A DNA stretch of 40,449 nucleotides, from IMG/VR virus record IMGVR_UViG_3300045988_160722; one strand, written 5' to 3'. Positions 31,005 to 40,106 of the stretch are shown one piece after another; position 1 is the first letter of the stretch, and each line of letters begins with the position of its first letter. The notes under the pieces were generated by a model. The model saw nothing but the letters and a program-made list of their open reading frames with translations. It was not told the origin of the DNA and searched no databases. The stretch comes from a virus. Both the position numbers and the translations under genes were made by a program.

Positions 31005-33799
31005 TTCCTCGACTTTATGAAACATATATTTCTGACTTTAATACTGAAGGTCTGGGATCACTTAAGGATTTACTTACTATTTCAATTACTAAAAATAGAA
31101 ATCAGATACCTACTTTAGCAATGACTTATCCGATTAATGCATCTTTAAGCAAAGACATAACTGAGGGCATGGTAATTGTGGCTGATATGGGACTAGAAGA
31201 TGATGAAAGAAATCAACAATTTAGAATTGTAGACGTATCTAAGAGTATGACTTCAATTTCAATTACTGCTAATCATGTCTGGTCTGATTTATCGAATATT
31301 CCTCTCAAAAAGGATATCAGTGAAGCACATGCTGGGCCGAATAGAGCATTTGATTTAATTAGCGATGCTTTGGCATGGCCTGTTTCAGGGTTAGGTTTTG
31401 CTAGTGATATTCCTACCGTTGCAAACTTAGGCTGGAACTTTAAAGAGTTAGGTAATGCTAATGCTGCTATTTTTGGAGCTGACCAAGCTGGGGATCAAAC
31501 CACTAACACAATGGAAGCTTTATACAATGGAGAATTTAGGTTTAATAACTATTATCTAACAATGCTGAAACATGCAGGTAAAGATAAAGGAGTAGTAATT
31601 AAGTATGGTCGTAATATGCAGTCAATCACTAGGGATGAAACAATTAGTGACACTTACAATGCAATCATGCCCTATGTTACCTATTCTCCTGAAGAACAAC
31701 CACAGCCAGACGGAGAACCATTTGATGGAAAAGCCACAGTTCAATATTTGGCTAACGGTACAATTAACCTTTTTAGTACCCCATATAAAGGACACACCCC
31801 TGTAAACAGTATCAGGAATGGCGAATACTTAAAGTTTGTTGCGAAGACTGATAAGCAAACGCTCAATAATGATATCTGGTATAAGACTGATACAGGTGGT
31901 TGGGTTGAAGCCAGTTTGATTACATTTGACAAGTCAGGTAACTATGTAGTTAATAAGATCACTGCTCAGGGAACTCTTGAAGTGGGTGATGATATTCAAG
32001 GCATAATTGTTAAGAATGACGGTGTTGGTACGGTTTCATACGCAGGTCCTGGTCAAGTGCCACTTTATACTTCACCTTTTGGAGGTCATAAGAGCGGACA
32101 ATACTTGAATAATGGCTCTAGCTATAAGATTTATTGGAAGGCTAAAGATATCGATGGAACTGTTTGGTACAATTTAGGCAATCGAGATACGCAATGGATT
32201 TCATCTCAATATTTTGTCTTATCAAAGACTGGGGACTATGCAACGCAAAAAGCCTATGGCCGTTTAAGCATTAACGGTAATGTAACAGTGATGTCGGGTC
32301 CTGGTGGGACAGGAAACGTAATTAGCTGGAATAATAAAGGTCAATATCCGATTTATGATATTTCAACTGACTCTGAAGGCACTAAGTGGTATCACATTGG
32401 TCAGCAGAATGGCCATCAGCTTTGGGTTAAATCTGGCGATAATGTTAGCTTTAAAGAACCTGGAACAGTTGAATATAAAGAAGATGATGCAGAAAAAGCT
32501 AATATTCAGCAAACTGCACAAGTTCCTGTATATAGTGATCCAAGTGGTATAAGTCCAACCGGAAAATACTATAGCTTAGGTAGTTTACTAAGAATTACAG
32601 CGCAGTCAACTAGTCAAGGTAAAACCTTTTATGAAGTTGGAACTAATCAATGGATTAATTCAGATTTCTTCAGTTTCGCTCATGCCACAGATGTAGCACC
32701 AGGTGAAGATGATTCGAATGCTGAGCCTGAGGTATCAGAACAAATTTTAGAATTAGACGAAACAGTGCTAGTTTCTGAATATGCACGGATTACTAACGCA
32801 CCTTTGAGAGTGCAAGCAGTAGATTTATCTTCTTATGGAATTGGTAATGATAAGAACAAGTTGCTAGCAGTTGCTAAAGCTTATATGAAAGAATACAGGA
32901 TCGGTTACCCAAATATTTCGCTTACTGTTTCATATGAGCAAATGCAAGGCGAGTATCAAAAATTAACTCAAGTTGACTTATATGATTATGTGAGTGTGTT
33001 ATTCGATGAGGTAGGAATTTTTGAAAAAGCTCAATGCACTTCCATAACTTGGGATCCAGTTAGAGAAATTGCTACCAGTATTACGATCGGTCAATTACCT
33101 ATCAGCTATGATCATGCCTTAAACAATTTTGTAACTAATATGGTAGCTAAAAATACGACTACAGCTACTAAGAGAGCAACTCACTTGTTTGGGGAACTAA
33201 AGCAAGTTATGGAAGAAAAGGATCAAGACCAGAAAGCGGGATTGCTTAAATTAACTAGGCAACTTAGTATTGACGATCAAGCTTGGAGAGATAGCTATGA
33301 TCGATTGCAAAGCATGATTACTTCCATAAACACGACGGTTCAAGACGTCCACAACTGGATTGCCGGTGGTGGCGGTGGTGAAATCACTGCGTATCCTAAC
33401 TGGCAGAAGCCAACTGAACTAAGAGCTTTGAGTAATGGAGGAGGTTATCTCCGATTTAATGCTGAAGGCTTGGAATACGTTGGACGCGATGGAGTTGCTA
33501 GAAGTGCCATAGACAGTCAAGGTCGGCTAATTGCTGAAAGAATTACTGGTGGTACGATCACAGGTGTTAAGCTTGAAGGTATCACAGTAGATGGGGATTC
33601 TTACATTCGTTCAATTGGTGGCGATGGAAAAGTTGCAGTTATGTCGGGCGACCATGGCTTTTCTTGCACAGCACCTGGCAAAGAAAAAGTTGCTCTTGAT
33701 TGGGATCAAAATTGGGGAGTGCTCAGGATTGGAAATCAATACTTATATGCTTCCGACATTGCTTGGATACGTCAACAACGTGGTGGTCGAATTCATTAG
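31001..33799 (+). CDS. Tail-associated lysin-like / prophage tail endopeptidase family protein (Tal) with four SH3b-like repeats
   Basis: The MIPRLYETYISDFNTEGLG N-terminus is typical of the siphovirus Tal family. ATGA overlap with Dit. Internal repeats with G..WY..G...W motifs. Confidence 0.75.
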   Translation: MIPRLYETYISDFNTEGLGSLKDLLTISITKNRNQIPTLAMTYPINASLSKDITEGMVIVADMGLEDDERNQQFRIVDVSKSMTSISITANHVWSDLSNIPLKKDISEAHAGPNRAFDLISDALAWPVSGLGFASDIPTVANLGWNFKELGNANAAIFGADQAGDQTTNTMEALYNGEFRFNNYYLTMLKHAGKDKGVVIKYGRNMQSITRDETISDTYNAIMPYVTYSPEEQPQPDGEPFDGKATVQYLANGTINLFSTPYKGHTPVNSIRNGEYLKFVAKTDKQTLNNDIWYKTDTGGWVEASLITFDKSGNYVVNKITAQGTLEVGDDIQGIIVKNDGVGTVSYAGPGQVPLYTSPFGGHKSGQYLNNGSSYKIYWKAKDIDGTVWYNLGNRDTQWISSQYFVLSKTGDYATQKAYGRLSINGNVTVMSGPGGTGNVISWNNKGQYPIYDISTDSEGTKWYHIGQQNGHQLWVKSGDNVSFKEPGTVEYKEDDAEKANIQQTAQVPVYSDPSGISPTGKYYSLGSLLRITAQSTSQGKTFYEVGTNQWINSDFFSFAHATDVAPGEDDSNAEPEVSEQILELDETVLVSEYARITNAPLRVQAVDLSSYGIGNDKNKLLAVAKAYMKEYRIGYPNISLTVSYEQMQGEYQKLTQVDLYDYVSVLFDEVGIFEKAQCTSITWDPVREIATSITIGQLPISYDHALNNFVTNMVAKNTTTATKRATHLFGELKQVMEEKDQDQKAGLLKLTRQLSIDDQAWRDSYDRLQSMITSINTTVQDVHNWIAGGGGGEITAYPNWQKPTELRALSNGGGYLRFNAEGLEYVGRDGVARSAIDSQGRLIAERITGGTITGVKLEGITVDGDSYIRSIGGDGKVAVMSGDHGFSCTAPGKEKVALDWDQNWGVLRIGNQYLYASDIAWIRQQRGGRIH

Positions 33800-33815
33800 A
33801 TATGAGGTGAAATAA

Positions 33816-34025
33816 ATGAATAATGATGCTGTTTTAACAAAAGCTCTAAACGAAATTGCTCGGTTAGAGCTTTTAAATTTCAGAAAAGATGTTGTGATTG
33901 AGGAACTACAACATGAAATTAGAATGCGGGATCAGTTGAAAGGAGGCGAACAGAATGCTCCAAGCAGTAACGCTCAGCACGAACAAACAAACAACCAATC
34001 TAAGTCGAGTGGAGGTAAGAGATAG
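33816..34025 (+). CDS. Hypothetical small coiled-coil protein
   Basis: 69 aa. GAGGTGA SD. The 3' end overlaps the next gene by 71 nt. Confidence 0.45.
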   Translation: MNNDAVLTKALNEIARLELLNFRKDVVIEELQHEIRMRDQLKGGEQNAPSSNAQHEQTNNQSKSSGGKR

Positions 34026-36777
34026 TGATAAAGGTGAAATACTAGAATCGTTTATTCTCAATCCTGGCGGAACACCATACGATTTAACAAATAAATCTCT
34101 CGTCTTTAATGAAAATAAAGATGGTAATAAGTTTGTTTCAGATGATAACGTCAAAATCGTGGATGAAAGAATAGGGCATATTACTTATCAGTTACACGAT
34201 CAAGTTCATTCTGCAAGAGGTACGGCTTGGTTTGACATTATTGATAAATCTAATGGGTCGAAGATTGATTCAACTACTGACTTCTACATTGAAGTTAGAG
34301 ACAGCTTAAAGTGTACGGTTTACAATACGACTTACATTGCAGACCTTGAAAAGTTAAAGCAACAGATGGAAACCTTGCTTAAACAAGCTGATGGTGAACT
34401 TCAGGCTGAATTGCAAAAAGCGGAACAGCAACTTGATCAAGAGTTGCAGAACTTCCGTAATCAATACAATTCTTTAAGTGCTGATTTTCAAAATCAATTT
34501 AAGGCTGCACAAAATGCTCGTCAGCAAGACTACACAAATCAAAAGAATGCTATTAACCAGGACTGGACGAATAACAAGAACCAGATATGGGGTCAGTGGA
34601 ACGGTGATAAAGCTAACATTGATAAACAAGCCCAAGACACTATCCAAGCAATCAAAGACAATGCGAAGCAAGTGCTTGATAAAGACCAAGCTGATTGGAA
34701 TGCAAAACAGCACTCTTGGGATGATACTTTTAGTCGAATTGTTAAAGAATGGCAGGTTAAAACTAATAGTTTAAATAATACTGTTCAGGATTTAACAACT
34801 AAATTTGGCAATATTATCAATGAGTTAACCGACTTGATGAATAAGAAGTTGCCAGATATGAATGTTAAAACCGATGCAGTTCAAGCCAAGGTAAACGAAC
34901 TAAGAGCAAGTCTAGGCCAAATAGATTGGACTAGTTTTGCTAAAGATTTAGAACTAAAAAAATGGATATTTAATTCTGAGCCAGGTTGGGTCCAGCTTAA
35001 ATCTAATATGACTCAGTGGGGGAATAGTAACGAAATGATCGCTGCTGCTAGAATATCTTATGATGATGTTAGTCGAATGAATATCTATGACTATACTGGT
35101 GTTGCTGGTATTGAAAGATCAATGCTAGAAGTTAGCGACTTGACACCTAATACCTTGTATAGATTGTTCTTTGAATGGGAAAATTCAAAGCAATTAACTA
35201 AGATAGCTGATAATGATTATAAGTTTAGAGTGTCAGTTTATGATAAAAATAATACTGATAATATTTTGGCTTATCAAGATTTGCCAGCTGATCCAGTCAA
35301 TAAAGAATTGTTTTGCCTTACTTTTGATACTAATAATGTCACTGACGTGTTCATTGAACTAAACACTGGCGGATTAAATGATGGCATCCACTTTACTTGG
35401 AAGATTGGTAATTGGCTTTTAAAACCCGTTCAAGAGCATGTACCAATAGTAGCCATAAAAAATAATACTGATCTCAATACCATAAAGACTCCAGGAATGT
35501 ACCATGCTAGGGGAACTGATGGAATAGCTAATTCTCCAATACCAGCATGGTTTGATATAACGGTAAACTCAGATGGCATGCAAAATGGAACACAAATGCT
35601 GCATGCTAAAAAGGAAAATCAGGTATATGTTCGTAGCTGGTACAATGGCAATACCTTTACTGACTGGCAACGAATCACAAATGCTGGCGATTTAGCTACT
35701 AAATTGTCATTATCTGGTGGCAACATGCAGAAGGGAAGCTGGATTAATTGGGATGCGCAAAGTCCCTATAATGCTCATGAGGGCAATATTGGTGGAATTC
35801 AATGGAATGGCGTTTCTGATAGCATCAAGATTTTTGGAGATAACAACGCCAGCGACAATCTAGATCTAGCTATTCAATTAGGTGATGATGATTCTAATCA
35901 TATTTCTTTTAGACGTGCTAATGGTGACGAAGTAGCTGCAATTAATATGGATGGATACTATACGGGATCAGTAGGTTGGAATAATATTAGAAGTAAGCCT
36001 GATGTAGCACAAAAAAGCGATCTAAATGTGAATGTTATTAGAGACTATAATATTGAAACCGATCAGCCAGGTCCTACGACAGTAGAACAGGCTGGAAAGC
36101 CTGGGCTAGTAGATCAAGCAACATTAGCTACTTTTGCCAGAGCTTATCGAGATCTTCGAAACCATACCGATTATCGCTATCCAACAGGAATCGATCAAAA
36201 CACGGCTGTTAATTTAAACTCAAACACTTATGGGGAAACTGGTATATATAAATTTATAAATTGTGTAGCTATAAATGGCCCATGGGCCGATTTAAATCAA
36301 CGGCAATACTTTTACATGAACGCCATTAGGTATGATAATAATAGTATTTATCAGTTGATTTTTCGAGGAGCAGAAGTTTATGCTCGAACAGTATCTGAAA
36401 AAACAAACTCCTATCCGGGATGGAGTACGTTTGCTATGATGAATAGCGTTACGGATCTATCTGATAGATTGCAAGGCTTTACCATGCAACAAACTATGTT
36501 TCAACACCGCGTTGACTATGATAGCCCATCAGGAACTATCAGCAATCAAACCGTAGACTGCAATGCTTATAGAGAAACAGGAATTATAAAGTTCGTTAAT
36601 TGTCTTATTCAAAATGGGCCGTACAAAACAGACAATCGTCACACAATATTTTTGAAGGTCACTAATTTAGATGGTCAAACTCAATATCAAACTGTATATG
36701 AGGGAGATGACCTTTATGGCCGTAAGCTTTATAATGGGTCCGGTCAATGGCATAAGTACACTAACACACCGATTTAA
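33955..36777 (+). CDS. Baseplate upper protein (BppU-like N-terminus) / receptor-binding tail fibre with tandem knob domains
   Basis: AAAGGAGG SD. The N-terminus ...GGTPYDLTNKSLVFNENKDGNKFVSDD...GHITYQLHDQVHSARGTAWFDI fits BppU_N. Q/N-rich coiled coil. Duplicated C-terminal domains. Confidence 0.7.
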   Translation: MLQAVTLSTNKQTTNLSRVEVRDSDKGEILESFILNPGGTPYDLTNKSLVFNENKDGNKFVSDDNVKIVDERIGHITYQLHDQVHSARGTAWFDIIDKSNGSKIDSTTDFYIEVRDSLKCTVYNTTYIADLEKLKQQMETLLKQADGELQAELQKAEQQLDQELQNFRNQYNSLSADFQNQFKAAQNARQQDYTNQKNAINQDWTNNKNQIWGQWNGDKANIDKQAQDTIQAIKDNAKQVLDKDQADWNAKQHSWDDTFSRIVKEWQVKTNSLNNTVQDLTTKFGNIINELTDLMNKKLPDMNVKTDAVQAKVNELRASLGQIDWTSFAKDLELKKWIFNSEPGWVQLKSNMTQWGNSNEMIAAARISYDDVSRMNIYDYTGVAGIERSMLEVSDLTPNTLYRLFFEWENSKQLTKIADNDYKFRVSVYDKNNTDNILAYQDLPADPVNKELFCLTFDTNNVTDVFIELNTGGLNDGIHFTWKIGNWLLKPVQEHVPIVAIKNNTDLNTIKTPGMYHARGTDGIANSPIPAWFDITVNSDGMQNGTQMLHAKKENQVYVRSWYNGNTFTDWQRITNAGDLATKLSLSGGNMQKGSWINWDAQSPYNAHEGNIGGIQWNGVSDSIKIFGDNNASDNLDLAIQLGDDDSNHISFRRANGDEVAAINMDGYYTGSVGWNNIRSKPDVAQKSDLNVNVIRDYNIETDQPGPTTVEQAGKPGLVDQATLATFARAYRDLRNHTDYRYPTGIDQNTAVNLNSNTYGETGIYKFINCVAINGPWADLNQRQYFYMNAIRYDNNSIYQLIFRGAEVYARTVSEKTNSYPGWSTFAMMNSVTDLSDRLQGFTMQQTMFQHRVDYDSPSGTISNQTVDCNAYRETGIIKFVNCLIQNGPYKTDNRHTIFLKVTNLDGQTQYQTVYEGDDLYGRKLYNGSGQWHKYTNTPI

Positions 36778-36784
36778 TATTTTT

Positions 36785-36816
36785 AATCCTTAACCAAATG
36801 GTTAGGGATTTTTTTA
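36785..36816 (+). terminator. Rho-independent terminator after the receptor-binding protein gene
   Basis: 11-bp stem AATCCTTAACC / GGTTAGGGATT (one G-U pair), loop AAAT, followed by a T6 run. Confidence 0.75.
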
Positions 36817-36831
36817 TGGAGGAATTTAACT

Positions 36832-37332
36832 ATGACAGAAGAAACTGCAAATGCACAAAACGTAACAGAAAATGTTCAACCAGTTACTACACCAGCAACT
36901 AATACAGAAAAAACATCAGCTGTAACAATGAAGACTTATTATTGGTCAAACGATGATGTGCCTTTTAGGGTAATTACATCAACTGATGAAATTACAGCTA
37001 ATCAATATCCTTTAGTAGTAACTCCACCTGATCCAAACTTGAAGTCTCCAAAATATGATTGGATGAAAGGCGAATGGTACGACATCAGCGAAGAATCTTA
37101 CGGACAACGTTTGACAGCAGTTACCGAAAGCTTGAAGACCCTTGAAGGAAGTATTACTAGCTTGCAAGAAGCTCACAAAGACACTCTGCAAAGTGCGGAA
37201 GCCAACGATAAGGTTATGGATCAACTTCAAGCCTCCGTTAAACAAACTAACAGAATGGTGGCTAACTTAAGTGCAATAATGGTTGCCTTGGGTAAAAGAT
37301 CTCAATCCAGCAATACTGAAGTATCAAAATAG
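36832..37332 (+). CDS. Hypothetical protein (tail/lysis junction)
   Basis: 166 aa. GGAGGA SD. Confidence 0.6.
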   Translation: MTEETANAQNVTENVQPVTTPATNTEKTSAVTMKTYYWSNDDVPFRVITSTDEITANQYPLVVTPPDPNLKSPKYDWMKGEWYDISEESYGQRLTAVTESLKTLEGSITSLQEAHKDTLQSAEANDKVMDQLQASVKQTNRMVANLSAIMVALGKRSQSSNTEVSK

Positions 37333-37344
37333 GAGGATTTTAAA

Positions 37345-37560
37345 ATGGATTTACAAGCAATGATCGCAGAAGTTCAAAGAGAGCTAATTGAATCATGGAA
37401 GAATCAATATAACTGGGGATGGTTTGGCAAAAAAGAAGAAGCCAACTTAACTTTTCGAAGCTATGTTCAACAAGGCATTCTTAGCAAAGAAGAATATAAA
37501 GAAATCACAGGTGAGGACTATGGCCAAGCTGAAACGGTACTTAGTCAACCTCAAGCTTAA
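37345..37560 (+). CDS. XkdX-family-like small protein
   Basis: The C-terminus YVQQGILSKEEYKEITGEDY matches the XkdX family signature. AGGAGG SD. Confidence 0.5.
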   Translation: MDLQAMIAEVQRELIESWKNQYNWGWFGKKEEANLTFRSYVQQGILSKEEYKEITGEDYGQAETVLSQPQA

Positions 37561-37909
37561 TGACCTTCAGGTAATTATTGCAATAACTATGATCGCTATT
37601 GGCGGCTCACTTTGGTACGATCGTCATTATTTTTTTTGGCCGCCTAATTTGCAAAGTGCGCTCAATGACTGGCGAATAGATATTTTTATTTTGCTAGTTG
37701 GCATAGTATTATTTTTTGCTACTGCATTTAGACCTGACGATACCTTATTAATTCGTACGCTTTTAGTAGTATGTGGAGGTATTGTATTAGGCTTGGCATT
37801 CTTGCAATTAGGACACATTATCTTTACATCTGAATTCAGAATGGGACACACCGTCATTGGCGATGTAGTCCTTTTTCTTTTGATTTTGCATGTAGCTCGT
37901 GATCGCTAG
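37520..37909 (+). CDS. Four-TM membrane protein (holin-like or accessory lysis protein)
   Basis: Start chosen at ATG 37520 inside track ORF 37463..37909. Four hydrophobic helices. Position just upstream of the holin. Confidence 0.5.
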   Translation: MAKLKRYLVNLKLNDLQVIIAITMIAIGGSLWYDRHYFFWPPNLQSALNDWRIDIFILLVGIVLFFATAFRPDDTLLIRTLLVVCGGIVLGLAFLQLGHIIFTSEFRMGHTVIGDVVLFLLILHVARDR

Positions 37910-37921
37910 GAGGTGTTTCGC

Positions 37922-38122
37922 TTGCATATAGACCTAATTATCGGTGCTCTTGGAACATTTTTGGGAGTGCTAATAACTGCATATAACGCATATCACAAAA
38001 ACAAGCGAGATACTTTTCAAGAAATTGTCGAGGAATTAAAAAGCGAACGTGACGATTACAAGAAACAGGTTAAGCATCTACAAGAAGAGAATGAAAAATT
38101 GAGAGAGGAATTACGAAAATGA
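37922..38122 (+). CDS. Single-TM coiled-coil membrane protein
   Basis: TTG 37922 with AGGAGG SD 8 nt upstream. TM LIIGALGTFLGVLITAY followed by a charged coiled coil. Confidence 0.5.
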   Translation: MHIDLIIGALGTFLGVLITAYNAYHKNKRDTFQEIVEELKSERDDYKKQVKHLQEENEKLREELRK

Positions 38123-38556
38123 GATTAGACATTAATTTAATTTGGGCAATTGTAGTTTTATTAGTAGCTGGGATGGCTACTGCTTACAGCATGAATAAGC
38201 AGAAATTAGAAAAATTAAAGCTCACTCATCCTAAGCTTGCGACAGTTTTAGAAACGGCAGGCGAATTAGCTTTAAAGGCAACTACTTATCAAGCATCCCT
38301 TGATGATAAAGCAGGCTCAAAGAAGTTAACTGACGCGACTGATGAAGTCTATAGTCAATTAGCTAAGCTATATCCAAATGTGCCAATTAGTCGCGATACA
38401 GTGCGCAATTATGTACAGCACATGTATGACAGCGAAGTAAAAAACGCTGGTCAAACTAATGTGGTTACAAAAATTGATAGCAATAAAATAGCTGAACAAA
38501 CTAGCACAGCTATGGTTAATGGACATATTGATGCTAGTAAATTAGAAACTAAATAG
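38119..38556 (+). CDS. Holin, LL-H family-like
   Basis: 145 aa. N-terminal TM IWAIVVLLVAGMATAY plus a long hydrophilic C-terminus. Directly upstream of the endolysin. Confidence 0.6.
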   Translation: MRLDINLIWAIVVLLVAGMATAYSMNKQKLEKLKLTHPKLATVLETAGELALKATTYQASLDDKAGSKKLTDATDEVYSQLAKLYPNVPISRDTVRNYVQHMYDSEVKNAGQTNVVTKIDSNKIAEQTSTAMVNGHIDASKLETK

Positions 38557-38613
38557 CTATGTACACCTATAATCAATATATTTTTAATTCATTCAAGAAA
38601 GGAAATCATAAAC

Positions 38614-39561
38614 ATGGCAAGAGAAATATTTGTCGACTTATCAAGCTTTCAAAAAGATCTAACAGTAGACGACTACAAGAAGTTAGGGGTCAAGAAAGCA
38701 ATTGTAAAGATTAGCGAAAGCACTAATTACGTAAACCCATACATTCATGATTTGGTTGATAAATCAGCAGCAGGTGGCGTTAATGGCTTTGCATTCTATC
38801 ACTTTGGTCGTTTCACTAATGATGCGCAAGCTTCTAGTGAAGCTAAGTACTTTATTGATAGTGCCAAGAGCCAAGTTAATGTAAAGCCTAATACTTTAAT
38901 GATTCTTGATGCCGAAATTAAAGGAATGCCAACGAGCGCAGTAATTGTATTTTTGAAAACTTTAAGAGACGCTGGTTTTAAACCTGGTTTTTACACTTAC
39001 AAATATTTATTACCAAGCTTTGACCTTGAAGCAATTAAGCCTTATATGGATTGGTTCTGGTTAGCAGCATACGTTAAAGCTAATGGCGCACCAGATGACA
39101 AGAATCCAGACTTCAATTACTTCCCATCTGCAAAATACGTAGACGCATGGCAATACACCGATAACCTTTTAGATTTTAAGATAGATGGATCAATTACAGT
39201 AACAGATAATGGCAACAACTTATTTAATGCTAGCGAGAACGTGTCTCAATCCAATAGTGGTAAGCCAGCTTCTCAATCTGTTCCATCTTCTACACAAGAG
39301 AAAACATGGACTGATAGCTTAGGCATGACTTGGCATGAAGAACAAGGCACTTTTATCACTGGTGGAGCTATTAACTTACGCTGGGGTGCTACTACACAAA
39401 GCTCAATTATTGCTCAATTACCAGCGAGTGTAGAAGTTAAATATAATGCTTGGGCTAGAGATAATGCTGGACGTGTATGGTTACAACAACCACGCGAGAA
39501 CGGGCATGATGGATACTTAGTTGGTCGAGTTGGTACAGAAGCATGGGGAACATTTAAATAA
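38614..39561 (+). CDS. Endolysin: GH25 muramidase plus C-terminal SH3b cell-wall-binding domain
   Basis: The N-terminus IFVDLSSFQKDLTVDDYKKLGVKKAIVKISE... is GH25-like. The C-terminus WTDSLGMTWHEEQGTF...RVWLQQP is SH3b-like. Confidence 0.85.
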   Translation: MAREIFVDLSSFQKDLTVDDYKKLGVKKAIVKISESTNYVNPYIHDLVDKSAAGGVNGFAFYHFGRFTNDAQASSEAKYFIDSAKSQVNVKPNTLMILDAEIKGMPTSAVIVFLKTLRDAGFKPGFYTYKYLLPSFDLEAIKPYMDWFWLAAYVKANGAPDDKNPDFNYFPSAKYVDAWQYTDNLLDFKIDGSITVTDNGNNLFNASENVSQSNSGKPASQSVPSSTQEKTWTDSLGMTWHEEQGTFITGGAINLRWGATTQSSIIAQLPASVEVKYNAWARDNAGRVWLQQPRENGHDGYLVGRVGTEAWGTFK

Positions 39562-39663
39562 TTTGATATAATGGATTTGGGCAAGCTAAGAAACTCTACG
39601 TGAGCTTAGCTAACGTAATCTAGTTTAGTAGGACTGGCTAGGTGCGTTCTAAATCCTACACTA

Positions 39664-39704
39664 ATAGCCACTCTGGAGATTTCTCTGGAGTGGCTATTTT
39701 TTTG
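39664..39704 (+). terminator. Strong rho-independent terminator ending the late operon
   Basis: 10-bp stem ATAGCCACTC (39664-39673) / GAGTGGCTAT (39688-39697) followed by a T7 run. Confidence 0.8.
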
Positions 39705-39725
39705 TATTATTTTTTATGATTTTTA

Positions 39726-39754
39726 TTGACAATGTACGCTAAAGCGTGTATTAT
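39726..39754 (+). promoter_or_regulatory. Near-consensus sigma70 promoter of the attR-proximal moron
   Basis: TTGACA (39726-39731)-N17-TATTAT (39749-39754). The palindrome ACGCTAAAGCGT lies inside the spacer. Confidence 0.6.
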
Positions 39755-39802
39755 AATAATTGAAAGGAGGAAAACGATACAGGATAGAAAGGAGAATTTA
39801 AG

Positions 39803-39901
39803 ATGAAGAAAAAAAGGCATAAGAAAAAACCAAGAATAAAGATGCACTTCAAAATCAATCTTTGGTTCTTGGTTTACGAAATTTCCATTGAATGGAACTA
39901 A
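39803..39901 (+). CDS. Hypothetical 32-aa peptide (MKKKRHKKKPRIKMHFKINLWFLVYEISIEWN)
   Basis: Below the track cutoff. AAGGAG SD 8 nt upstream. Followed by a G/C-rich hairpin and a T-rich tract. Confidence 0.35.
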   Translation: MKKKRHKKKPRIKMHFKINLWFLVYEISIEWN

Positions 39902-39977
39902 TAATTGAAGAGGGAGGGAACGGAACTCCCTTCCCTTTCTATATCTTCATTTTACTAAGCAAAAAGGAATTTTACAA

Positions 39978-40106
39978 ATGAAAAATCTAAAAATTCAGAA
40001 GAAATATAACAATAAAGAGATAAAATTTGAATTTTATCCAAGAAGGTTTTTAATTGTTTTAGGTACAATAATAACTTTACTGGTTCTCTGGAAGGTGGTG
40101 TTTTAA
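39978..40106 (+). CDS. Hypothetical 42-aa membrane peptide
   Basis: Below the track cutoff. AAGGA SD. C-terminal TM FLIVLGTIITLLVLW. The stop overlaps the next start (TAAATG). Confidence 0.4.
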   Translation: MKNLKIQKKYNNKEIKFEFYPRRFLIVLGTIITLLVLWKVVF

